From: Verrucomicrobiota bacterium
GTDB taxonomy: Bacteria > Verrucomicrobiota > Verrucomicrobiia > Opitutales > Cerasicoccaceae
Reading direction: 5' to 3'
DNA: 22,136 nucleotides
Assembly (NCBI GenBank): GCA_039818205.1
Contig: JBCBUK010000025.1
Coordinates: 13,673-35,808 of the forward strand
The notes beneath the pieces are model-generated. The model searched no databases. It saw only the letters and a program-made list of their open reading frames with translations, and was not told the DNA's origin. Made by a program: the position numbers and the translations under genes. Of this stretch, positions 1-8,133 are shown one piece after another (within the stretch, counting starts at the first letter, position 1; every line of letters starts with the position of its first letter).

Positions 1-307
1 TGGAAGAGAAAACCTGCAGGATGCTTGCCGTTTGGCGAGAACATGCTTGCTCGAGTAAACCAGAGCTAGGGTAAAACAGTATATTAGGTTAGGGTTGGGG
101 GAATACGTTGTGCACGATAACAACATTTTCCACAACGCGCAATAGACTCATCCGCCAATTTGCATCAAAATTGCGCAATTCACCATCCCATGGCGGAATC
201 TTCACCAACGGATCTGACCAGTCCACCTGATCGTTTGCGTCAGTAACCTGGCTTCATTCTAGAATAGGTGATAACTTCGCTGGCCAAACTTCTCCGGCCT
301 GGAACCG

Positions 308-1537
308 CTATTGCTCGTCGTCTAGTAGCTCCCAACCATCACCCGTATCCCGGATGTTCGGCTTTACGTAGGCATTGTCGCGGATGATTGTACCGACATG
401 ACCACCGTCATCACGCACCCCTTCCCTGCTTGAACTGTGGTACATCGCATTTTGGGAAATCACGCAACCAGTCAGGTTCTTGGCGATGATACCGTAGTAG
501 GGGTAAGGGTATTTAAACGCCGCCTCCTTGCGGTCGTACCATCCCCATAGTGTGTTTCCGGTTACCGTCGTGCCTTTGCAATCCTCGAGCCATATCTGGC
601 TACATTCATCACCTTGCTTTTCCACCCCATTACTTCTCACCAAATTAGCAGTTATGGTATTCGCAATGGAATTGGTTAGCTTGATCCCTGGTCCGAAGTT
701 ATGATCAATGGAGCAGCCATTAATTTGCATCGAATTGGAGTTATTGAAGCTGATTCCACCGGTCTCATTCCACTCAATACGATTAGCCGTGATCTTGATT
801 GAAGCACTGCCAAAAAAGCTGATGGCTTCGCGCTCAGCCTCGCTCATCTCATCAGCAGGAACCCCGCTCGCGTACAATCCATAGCCTTTGTTCGCGGTCA
901 GCATTGAATCGATGATCCAGCCATCGTAGCCACCGGTGAGATCGATACCGTGCTCTCCATTCCACATGATCAAACAACGACGAACTCCCAGCACCCAAGT
1001 GCGCTCAAAGCGAATGCCTGATCCGGTAAAGTAGTTGATCCGGCAGTCTTCAAAGACGTTATTTAACTCACAACCATGATGGCGGACATAGATTCCATGC
1101 ATCCCCTGCCCTTGGCGTCTTCCATCGAGCGTCAGGCCAATGAGCCGGCTACCCCGCGTATCATCAAAATCCAGGAATGCCTTCGCATCACCCGACAAGG
1201 CCGCAAGGGTCGTCTTTCCCTCAAATTCTGGATCCTTGCCTCCCTTATCCGAATATGCCCAGGCCGAGTTACCCATCAAGGTGATGTGACTGGGAACCTT
1301 GACCGGATGCATCATGTAGGTGCCGTGAGGGAAATAGACGGTGCCCTCACGTTCGGTCGCAGTCTGCATCGCATCGAGCACCGCCTGGGTATCATCGGTC
1401 TTGCCGTCGCCTTTGGCACCAAAATCCAGGACGTTGAGGTATATTGAGGTATCAGGATTCATACCGCGATCCTGGGCGAGAGCGGTTACGGTGTAAAGGG
1501 TTAGCAACAACAAAGAGATGGTTTTGTATAGGGTCAT
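308..1537 (-). CDS. Secreted right-handed parallel beta-helix protein (pectate_lyase_3 / GH28-related N-terminus), probable polysaccharide-active enzyme
   Basis: Signal peptide MTLYKTISLLLLTLYTVTALA; classic NVLDFGAKGDGKTDDT start followed by GTVYFPHGTY; many beta-helix turns (ITANRIEWNETGGI, INGCSIDHNFGPGI, VTGNTL). Confidence 0.85.
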   Translation of the reverse strand: MTLYKTISLLLLTLYTVTALAQDRGMNPDTSIYLNVLDFGAKGDGKTDDTQAVLDAMQTATEREGTVYFPHGTYMMHPVKVPSHITLMGNSAWAYSDKGGKDPEFEGKTTLAALSGDAKAFLDFDDTRGSRLIGLTLDGRRQGQGMHGIYVRHHGCELNNVFEDCRINYFTGSGIRFERTWVLGVRRCLIMWNGEHGIDLTGGYDGWIIDSMLTANKGYGLYASGVPADEMSEAEREAISFFGSASIKITANRIEWNETGGISFNNSNSMQINGCSIDHNFGPGIKLTNSIANTITANLVRSNGVEKQGDECSQIWLEDCKGTTVTGNTLWGWYDRKEAAFKYPYPYYGIIAKNLTGCVISQNAMYHSSSREGVRDDGGHVGTIIRDNAYVKPNIRDTGDGWELLDDEQ

Positions 1538-1667
1538 AGCGGGAGATTTCGGCGTTAATTCGCCACTCTACCCACAACTACTCGAAAAATTCAAACGAGC
1601 ATTTCCCGAAGACAACGGTCGCCCGCCAACTGTCTGCAGCTGGAGACGCTTTTACAGCGATGCCTAA

Positions 1668-4043
1668 CTAAGACCCATCACCAATCGCCGCGGCAGAATC
1701 AAAGGGCTTCTCCGGACGATTTTTCGAATAGGAATCATCGCCCTCGTAGAACGTTTTAATCGCCATGCGATAGTGCTGTTTAAGCGGCATCTCACTGCGA
1801 TACTCATCCAAGTAAAGGCCAATCCGATCAAAGGGAATCGGCTCCACGCCCGCGATTTCTTGAGCAAACGTCAGGTCAAAGTTGTCGTAATCAACAAAGG
1901 CATCCTGAGAAACCAACACATCGTTTTCCATGACTGTTTTTGACCGCAGCTCGTCAGAATACGCCGCCAACTCAGTCCTGTTATGACGATTTCCATGGTA
2001 TATGTTGTTCTTATACGTGCAGTAGATTGGCCAAAGGCGCCCATAGCGACCCGCTTCGCTCATAACGCGATTAAACAACGGATACTTTTCCAGCCACGGT
2101 GAACGTCCCCAAGCTTCCTCTCCAACTAAACGCACCGCCCGGCCAACATAGTCTTCCTTGTTCCCGGCATGTTTACTGTCCGGGTTGCTTTCGATATCCA
2201 AATACTGCTGGTATACTCGCTCCCCCCAATTCCCTCGGTTGAAGGCACCTCGATCGCCTTCCAGAAACACATTACCAACCACCGTATTGCCCGCACCACC
2301 ATTGCTCACAATGCCACCCGTGCATGATTTGAAAAATACATTACCAATACAAGTCGCGCCAGCTTGCAAGTCATCCAAATGAATACCGGCTCGCCCATGT
2401 TTGCCAGGAGTCCGAATCAGGTGGTGAAAAAAGTTATGCCGATAGACGACACCGTAACCAGTCAAGTCCGCACCGGCATAGATCGCACCCCCATCGCCCT
2501 CTTCAAAGCCAATGTTAAATAACTCATTCAGCTCGATCAGGTGCCCATTGCCTCGAACAGTCATCGCCTGCCCAATCGAATTGTGTATCAGGTTATTTCT
2601 AAAAACCTGCCCCATACCGCTTAAAGAGATGTTGATCTTCGCATGCCGAAAATCCTTCTGGTAGATGTGGCAGTTCTCAACAAAGTTCCCGCTTCCAGCA
2701 TGGATAGTAGAATCCATATTCCGGTAATTGTTCGCATGATCGAATTCACGACCACACAAAATGATGTGGCTATCTAGATCGAAAAAGTCGCATCCTCGCA
2801 CGCCATTACGCCGACCTCGAATACGTATACCCGTAGCATTACTTTGCGACACAGAGCAATTTGCAATCAAGTTGTCGTTTCCACCATCAATCCTGATAAT
2901 TGTTCCCGACCCAACGTTTCTCACATCCAGCCCGACGACCTGCACGTGCTCGGTCTCTTTGAGGTCAAGAAAACCACTTGCAACCGGCAGACCAATTTTC
3001 GAATCAGCGGTAATCGCTTCGACTGGATAAATAAACAAACGCTTCGTCTTCGGGTCGAAATACCACTCCCCCGGCTGATCCAGTTCCGCAAGCAAACCAT
3101 AAATGCGAAACGGCTGACCGCCGCGATTCTTATTCAACCAGCCAAAGCCATACGAGAACGCGCGCGTAAGGTGAAGGGTACTTGCATTCGCGTCGGCAGC
3201 ATACACAGGCATTTTACTCAACTTCCACACGGCTTCATAAAACCCGACCATTTCATTCCGGGTATTGTCTCGATCAATCTCCGCCGCCCACTGCTCCCAA
3301 GTTCCCGACATCTGATCGGCTCCCTCCGAAATCCGGGCATGCGCCCCTCTCGGCTCGCTTAGACTTCCTAGCCACCCTTTCGGCTTACCACTTTCCAAAT
3401 AGGGCTTGTGTCCGGCCCGCACACCACGAGCAAGCGCATCGCGAGGTATCGCGGGCGGGCTGACTTCTTCACGGACTGGAACCGTGTCCAATTTCGCGTA
3501 GCCGTCATTCGGGAATACGGCAGGAGCATAGCCAACATCCCCCTGACTCAGCTGCAGCATCACCTTGTTAGAAAGGGCTCCAATCAAAGCCGGATCGCGA
3601 ACCGTAACTACCCGAACGTCGTCAACCGCGCTGGCAGCAAGGAACGCACGCTCATTGGCGTCCGTCACCGGACTAAAACGGTCAGGCGATTGGACATCGA
3701 CTCTCCCGTCAAAAACCACTGACTCGCCAGAGTAAGCCTGTAGTCGGATCAGACTCCCTAGCGTTCCTTTAAATTCACGTCCAAGTATGACTGGCTCCGT
3801 CAAAGGATATATTCCACCGCGAAGCGATATCGTTAAACCACCGTCAGGAACCCCGCTTTCCTTGAGCACCAAAGATGCTCGGTCAATCGCTCCAAGAAAC
3901 GTTATTGGTTTGTCAATCGTACCAGGAGCATCTCGCTGCCCATCCTGCGCTACAAAAATCTCAAGGGCATCACTTCGGAAGACCCCACCGAAGAACAATA
4001 GACAACCAACGAAAAGAGAAAGCAGAAAGTTAAACCGGGGCAT
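1668..4043 (-). CDS. Large secreted right-handed beta-helix repeat protein (putative glycan lyase/hydrolase)
   Basis: ATG at 4043 gives signal peptide [26 protein letters not shown] (preferred to the GTG at 4106); [16 protein letters not shown]-terminus, [17 protein letters not shown] and GIHLDD motifs typical of this beta-helix family. Confidence 0.8.
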   Translation of the reverse strand: MPRFNFLLSLFVGCLLFFGGVFRSDALEIFVAQDGQRDAPGTIDKPITFLGAIDRASLVLKESGVPDGGLTISLRGGIYPLTEPVILGREFKGTLGSLIRLQAYSGESVVFDGRVDVQSPDRFSPVTDANERAFLAASAVDDVRVVTVRDPALIGALSNKVMLQLSQGDVGYAPAVFPNDGYAKLDTVPVREEVSPPAIPRDALARGVRAGHKPYLESGKPKGWLGSLSEPRGAHARISEGADQMSGTWEQWAAEIDRDNTRNEMVGFYEAVWKLSKMPVYAADANASTLHLTRAFSYGFGWLNKNRGGQPFRIYGLLAELDQPGEWYFDPKTKRLFIYPVEAITADSKIGLPVASGFLDLKETEHVQVVGLDVRNVGSGTIIRIDGGNDNLIANCSVSQSNATGIRIRGRRNGVRGCDFFDLDSHIILCGREFDHANNYRNMDSTIHAGSGNFVENCHIYQKDFRHAKINISLSGMGQVFRNNLIHNSIGQAMTVRGNGHLIELNELFNIGFEEGDGGAIYAGADLTGYGVVYRHNFFHHLIRTPGKHGRAGIHLDDLQAGATCIGNVFFKSCTGGIVSNGGAGNTVVGNVFLEGDRGAFNRGNWGERVYQQYLDIESNPDSKHAGNKEDYVGRAVRLVGEEAWGRSPWLEKYPLFNRVMSEAGRYGRLWPIYCTYKNNIYHGNRHNRTELAAYSDELRSKTVMENDVLVSQDAFVDYDNFDLTFAQEIAGVEPIPFDRIGLYLDEYRSEMPLKQHYRMAIKTFYEGDDSYSKNRPEKPFDSAAAIGDGS

Positions 4044-4168
4044 CTTTCGACTTCGCGAATTGATCGCTCGCTTGTCAATCGTGATCAGCGCCTTTCCGGT
4101 AACCACTTAAAACCTGTATTTGACGACTATTTCTCAAAAATCGGGTTTTACATCCGAGGCAGCTTCAT

Positions 4169-4201
4169 TTGAAATTAAGTTTCGATCTGTTAAGATCTTA
4201 A
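4169..4201 (+). promoter_or_regulatory. Putative sigma70 promoter of the kinase gene with an overlapping 12-bp palindrome
   Basis: TTGAAA (4169-4174), 16 nt, TGT-TAAGAT (extended -10, 4191-4196), 7 nt, ATG 4204; perfect palindrome TTAAGATCTTAA at 4190-4201. Confidence 0.5.
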
Positions 4202-4203
4202 GA

Positions 4204-6459
4204 ATGAGCAGCTCACTGACCAACGGTTTACTAGTATTTGAGCGATTCCGCCTCAAAATGCTATTGGGCCGCGGGGGAATGGGCGTTGTCTGGCTAGCAC
4301 GCGACGAGGAACTCGAGATCGATATCGCGCTCAAATTTCTTTCTGAAGCGCTCTTGAGTGATGGCGCAGCCGTCCGCGATCTAAAAAAAGAGACCCGACG
4401 CGGCATGGCCCTGTCTCACCCAAACATCGTTCGCGTGTACGGCTTTTACGCTAACGACTATGGGGCCGCAGTGGCCATGGAATACGTCGAGGGCAATACC
4501 TTGGCAAGCCTCCGCGATTCGAGATTAAACGATGCATTCGAAGTCGATGAGGTCAAACATTGGACCACTGAGCTCTGTTCCGCATTGCACTATGCACACA
4601 CGGAAGCAGAGATCGTCCACCGGGATCTCAAGCCGGGCAACCTGATGATTGATCATCGCAATCGGCTCAAGGTCGCCGACTTTGGCATCGCCTCAAGTTT
4701 AAGTGATGCCCAAACGCGTATCACTGGAGCCATGGGGCCACAGGGTACTCTCTCCTACATGAGCCCACAACAGCTCCTCGGTCAGCGTGCTTATATCTCG
4801 CACGACATCTACAGCCTGGGAGCGACACTCTACGATCTGCTCACCGGAAAACCTCCCTTTTACACGGGCGACATTAGCCTGCAGATTCGCGAAACCACAC
4901 AGCCTACAATCGCGGAAAGGCGCGAAGAACTTGGCATCGCTGGGCAGCCCATACCACAGGAATGGGAAGATACGATCGCCGCCTGCCTGCAAAAAGACGC
5001 CTCCAAACGCCCGACCACGCCACGAGAGGTTATTGCAATGCTCGGACTCGAGAATCACGAGTCAACCAGCACTAGTCGCATGACTGGGTCTGGCAGACCG
5101 TCTGGCGCAGTAAGCACTCCGATCTCTGAGCCGACCGTCTATGAGAGTGTGCCCCTCATCCCGCCAAGTAGTCCGACTTCTCCTCCACCGACTGCGACTC
5201 CTCCTTCAAACACCGCGACCCAGCACCCAACCACCACCGGTTCAATCGCCCTAGCACAATCCCGTTGGTCAGCGGTCTGGACTGCATTTATCGTTTTCAG
5301 CAGCGTTCTTGTCGGGGGCGGAGTCGCCTTCTATGCGATCAAACATTTCGGTAGCCCGGAAACGGCTGCATCTGGTCCAATACCAGATGCACCATCAACC
5401 CAGCCAACGACCGAATCCAACTACCGCGGCTTAGCCCCTCCTACAAACGCGGGACCGAATGCTAACTCGCAGCAAGTGCCTCCTGCGCCGTCACAAAACT
5501 ATGATTCTTCAACGCCGCGACCACCAAGCCGGCTCAATGGTGACCAGAACAGTGGTAACAACTATCGGCCGCAACCGCCACACCTCTCAAATAGTAACGG
5601 CACCCGGCCAATGCGGCCAAACGAATCGGGAACGCAGACGCAACGACCAATGCGACCCGGCATGCCCGGAAGCAGATCGCAGGTAAACAACGAGCCGCGA
5701 GAAATCCTTGATCGTCCAGTCGAAGGCAAAGACTTCGATCTGCCCAAGAGTAACCTGATCTTTTCCTGGGCACCACCCGATGAGTTCATGCTTGGCGCGC
5801 CGCCCTTCGACGAGAAAGCCGAGGACGACGAAGGCCCGCACACGCGCAACACCTTTAGCCAAGGCTTCTGGATCAGTCGCTACGAAGTGACGCAAAGGGA
5901 GTACCAAAAGCTCATGGGAGACAACCCGAGCCACTTCCAAGGCGACCCCAACCTACCGGTTGAAAATGTTACCTGGGCTGAGGCGATGGCGTTTTGCGAT
6001 CAGCTAAACCAAAACTATCCAGACCTTATTCCAGAAGGCTATACCTTCTCCCTACCGACGCAGGCCCAGTTTGAGTACGCTGCTGCAGGCGGTATAAACG
6101 GATTGCATGGCGGGACAGACGTCGCCCGCGCCGCTTGGGGCGAATTTTCGGGCGTAGATCGGACCCAACCAATTGGCCAGCTAACCCCAAATCCGTGGCA
6201 GATCTATGATATTTTTGGCAATGTCGCCGAATGGAATTTGGACTGGTATGCGGACTCGCTACCAGGCGCTCCAATCACCGACTGGACTGGCCCGCCCAAA
6301 GGCGACCTTCGGGTTGTCAAAGGCGGAACGATCAATGATACCGCTTGGGACCTACGGGTATTCTCCAGGCACGCACTCAATCCCGACGATCGCAAACCGC
6401 TCGTTGGATTTCGCGTTGCATTGATTCCTCGAAACGCTCACCATTCCGACCAAAATTGA
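4204..6459 (+). CDS. Membrane Hanks-type Ser/Thr protein kinase with C-terminal FGE-sulfatase (SUMF1/C-type lectin fold) domain
   Basis: LGRGGMGVV, ALKFL, HRDLKPGN, DFG, GTLSYMSPQQ, DIYSLG; Pro/Thr-rich linker; one TM helix (WSAVWTAFIVFSSVLVGGGVAFYAI); FGE-domain motifs FWISRYEVTQ, PVENVTW, LPTQAQFEYAA, GNVAEW, GFRVAL. Start taken at ATG 4204. Confidence 0.92.
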   Translation: MSSSLTNGLLVFERFRLKMLLGRGGMGVVWLARDEELEIDIALKFLSEALLSDGAAVRDLKKETRRGMALSHPNIVRVYGFYANDYGAAVAMEYVEGNTLASLRDSRLNDAFEVDEVKHWTTELCSALHYAHTEAEIVHRDLKPGNLMIDHRNRLKVADFGIASSLSDAQTRITGAMGPQGTLSYMSPQQLLGQRAYISHDIYSLGATLYDLLTGKPPFYTGDISLQIRETTQPTIAERREELGIAGQPIPQEWEDTIAACLQKDASKRPTTPREVIAMLGLENHESTSTSRMTGSGRPSGAVSTPISEPTVYESVPLIPPSSPTSPPPTATPPSNTATQHPTTTGSIALAQSRWSAVWTAFIVFSSVLVGGGVAFYAIKHFGSPETAASGPIPDAPSTQPTTESNYRGLAPPTNAGPNANSQQVPPAPSQNYDSSTPRPPSRLNGDQNSGNNYRPQPPHLSNSNGTRPMRPNESGTQTQRPMRPGMPGSRSQVNNEPREILDRPVEGKDFDLPKSNLIFSWAPPDEFMLGAPPFDEKAEDDEGPHTRNTFSQGFWISRYEVTQREYQKLMGDNPSHFQGDPNLPVENVTWAEAMAFCDQLNQNYPDLIPEGYTFSLPTQAQFEYAAAGGINGLHGGTDVARAAWGEFSGVDRTQPIGQLTPNPWQIYDIFGNVAEWNLDWYADSLPGAPITDWTGPPKGDLRVVKGGTINDTAWDLRVFSRHALNPDDRKPLVGFRVALIPRNAHHSDQN

Positions 6460-6468
6460 TTTTGCGCT

Positions 6469-6798
6469 ATGTCCGACGACCATTTAACTGATTCGACAAC
6501 AATCGAGCCTGGATTGAAAGTCTCCGTCCAAGGGAAAACTTACATCGCCCACGATGGCGATGTGCTGGGGCGAGAAGGCACCATCGCTCAGGATGTCCTC
6601 CACTTTATAAATACCGTTTCGCGTCGGCATGCCGTCATCAGCAAACGCGAAGGATTCTGGTTTCTAACGGTGCCAAAATCCGTGAACAATTCAACCATGC
6701 TAGACGGCATCGAGGTTGAACGCGATGTCCCCCAGAAGATCAACGGCACGCGTATCCTGAAGATGTCCGAAGCCTGCGTCGTCACGCTGCAACCGTAG
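6469..6798 (+). CDS. Stand-alone FHA (phosphothreonine-binding) domain protein
   Basis: LGREG...VSRRHAVI...NNSTMLDG matches the FHA G-R / S-x-x-H / N pattern; lies 9 bp after the kinase stop. Confidence 0.85.
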   Translation: MSDDHLTDSTTIEPGLKVSVQGKTYIAHDGDVLGREGTIAQDVLHFINTVSRRHAVISKREGFWFLTVPKSVNNSTMLDGIEVERDVPQKINGTRILKMSEACVVTLQP

Positions 6799-6894
6799 CC
6801 TGCTAGTTTTAGTTGGCTGGCTGCTCTTGCTTGCATCAGCCGAAACTCTCTCCGTTCAGCAACCGCGACAGTTGCTGGGCAAAGGTACATTCAG

Positions 6895-7191
6895 CTATGC
6901 TTTGTGCATCAGCCAAGTGCTGATTTCCACATCTTTGGCCAGGAGTTCTTCGGCTGAAGCAATGAACGCCTGCAAGTGGTCATTGTTAATGTGCGCTTCC
7001 CAGGTTTCACGGCTGGCCCAGTTCTCATAGAACAAAAAAGTGCCGGGTTCGTCGCAGGAAACGTGCATGTCATAATTAAGGCACCCCTCCTCGGCAAGCG
7101 TCGTGGGAATAAGCGCCAGCAGCGCTTCTTTTGTGGCATCTTCCTTGCCAGGCTTAGCCGTGATCTTTGCAACAACAGTCAATTGGCTCAT
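6895..7191 (-). CDS. Antibiotic biosynthesis monooxygenase (ABM) family / putative quinol monooxygenase
   Basis: VVAKITAKPGKE...TLAEEGCLNYDMH...FLFYENWASRETWEAH; 98 aa. Confidence 0.92.
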   Translation of the reverse strand: MSQLTVVAKITAKPGKEDATKEALLALIPTTLAEEGCLNYDMHVSCDEPGTFLFYENWASRETWEAHINNDHLQAFIASAEELLAKDVEISTWLMHKA

Positions 7192-7290
7192 CGGTATAAA
7201 TTCAAAAGGTGATCTCTAAAATGGGGGTCAAAACGAATTTCGTGAGACCTGATACCAAACGACCCCACGATAGGCCAACCCAATTATACA

Positions 7291-7326
7291 AGAATTGGCT
7301 GGGGCAGCCTTGCGCCTGCCCCAACC
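7291..7326 (-). terminator. GC-rich hairpin downstream of the VOC gene (possible terminator or stabilising stem)
   Basis: Minus strand reads GGTTGGGGCAG-GCGCAAGG-CTGCCCCAGCC followed by AATTCTT; the U-tract is weak. Confidence 0.45.
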
Positions 7327-7346
7327 GCTCCTAGACTAGTATTTGG

Positions 7347-7754
7347 CTACTTAGTAAATTCCCAAAAGCAGACGAAGCCGCCCTGTGGATCGGCGATGCC
7401 GGCAAAACGTCCCATATCTGGAATATCCATGGCGGGCACACAAAGGTGAGCACCCAGGGCTTGCGCCTTCTCGATGGTCGCATCGAGATCTTCAACCGTA
7501 ATGTAGTTCATCCAAGCGGTTGGCATATTGGCTTCCGGGGCCTTGATCATACCAGCGACGGGCTTATTACCGTTCATATAGGTCTCATAGACCATTCCTC
7601 CTGGCATTTCGGTGGACTTGGTTTCCCAACCCAAAAGTTCAGTGTAGAATTTCTTACTACCTTCAACGTCTTGGGTTACCAGTTCGACCCAGCTAAAAAT
7701 GCCCGGGGACTTGTCCATTTCGGAACCCTCACAATTGGTGTCAACTTCACTCAT
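7347..7754 (-). CDS. VOC / glyoxalase-bleomycin resistance family protein
   Basis: PGIFSWVELVTQDVEGSKKFYTELLGW, WMNYITVEDLDAT, GRFAGIADPQGG. Confidence 0.93.
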   Translation of the reverse strand: MSEVDTNCEGSEMDKSPGIFSWVELVTQDVEGSKKFYTELLGWETKSTEMPGGMVYETYMNGNKPVAGMIKAPEANMPTAWMNYITVEDLDATIEKAQALGAHLCVPAMDIPDMGRFAGIADPQGGFVCFWEFTK

Positions 7755-8133
7755 GATATTAGAATTTTTCGGTTATTTCGAGATGTCAGGCGCCCACTAG
7801 CATTATAGATGCACCAGGGATGATCGCCTTGCGTGAGATGAATATATGATCACTAATTTTAGAGTTTCACAATAAAAAACTGCTCAGAAATGCAACAAAT
7901 CAGAAACAACCAAATAAGTGTTTTACTATCAAAAGTTTAGAGACCCCACTAAACCGTCGAATATGAATGAACTCAGACATCGAACGGCGTCTCCCGTTCC
8001 TCTGGAATGTCTTTTCGTTCGCAAAACCGCATCGGGTCACGCTCACGGCACAATTGAGACGGCTTGGGTGCCAGCTAGCCAATCCAAGACGAAATCTACC
8101 TGGCTGGGTTGGCATTGGTCCGTTGAGGGCAGC

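Noticed and set aside
1..44. Possible minus-strand gene start MFSPNGKHPAGFLF running off the left edge
   Set aside because: Too short to support from this window alone.
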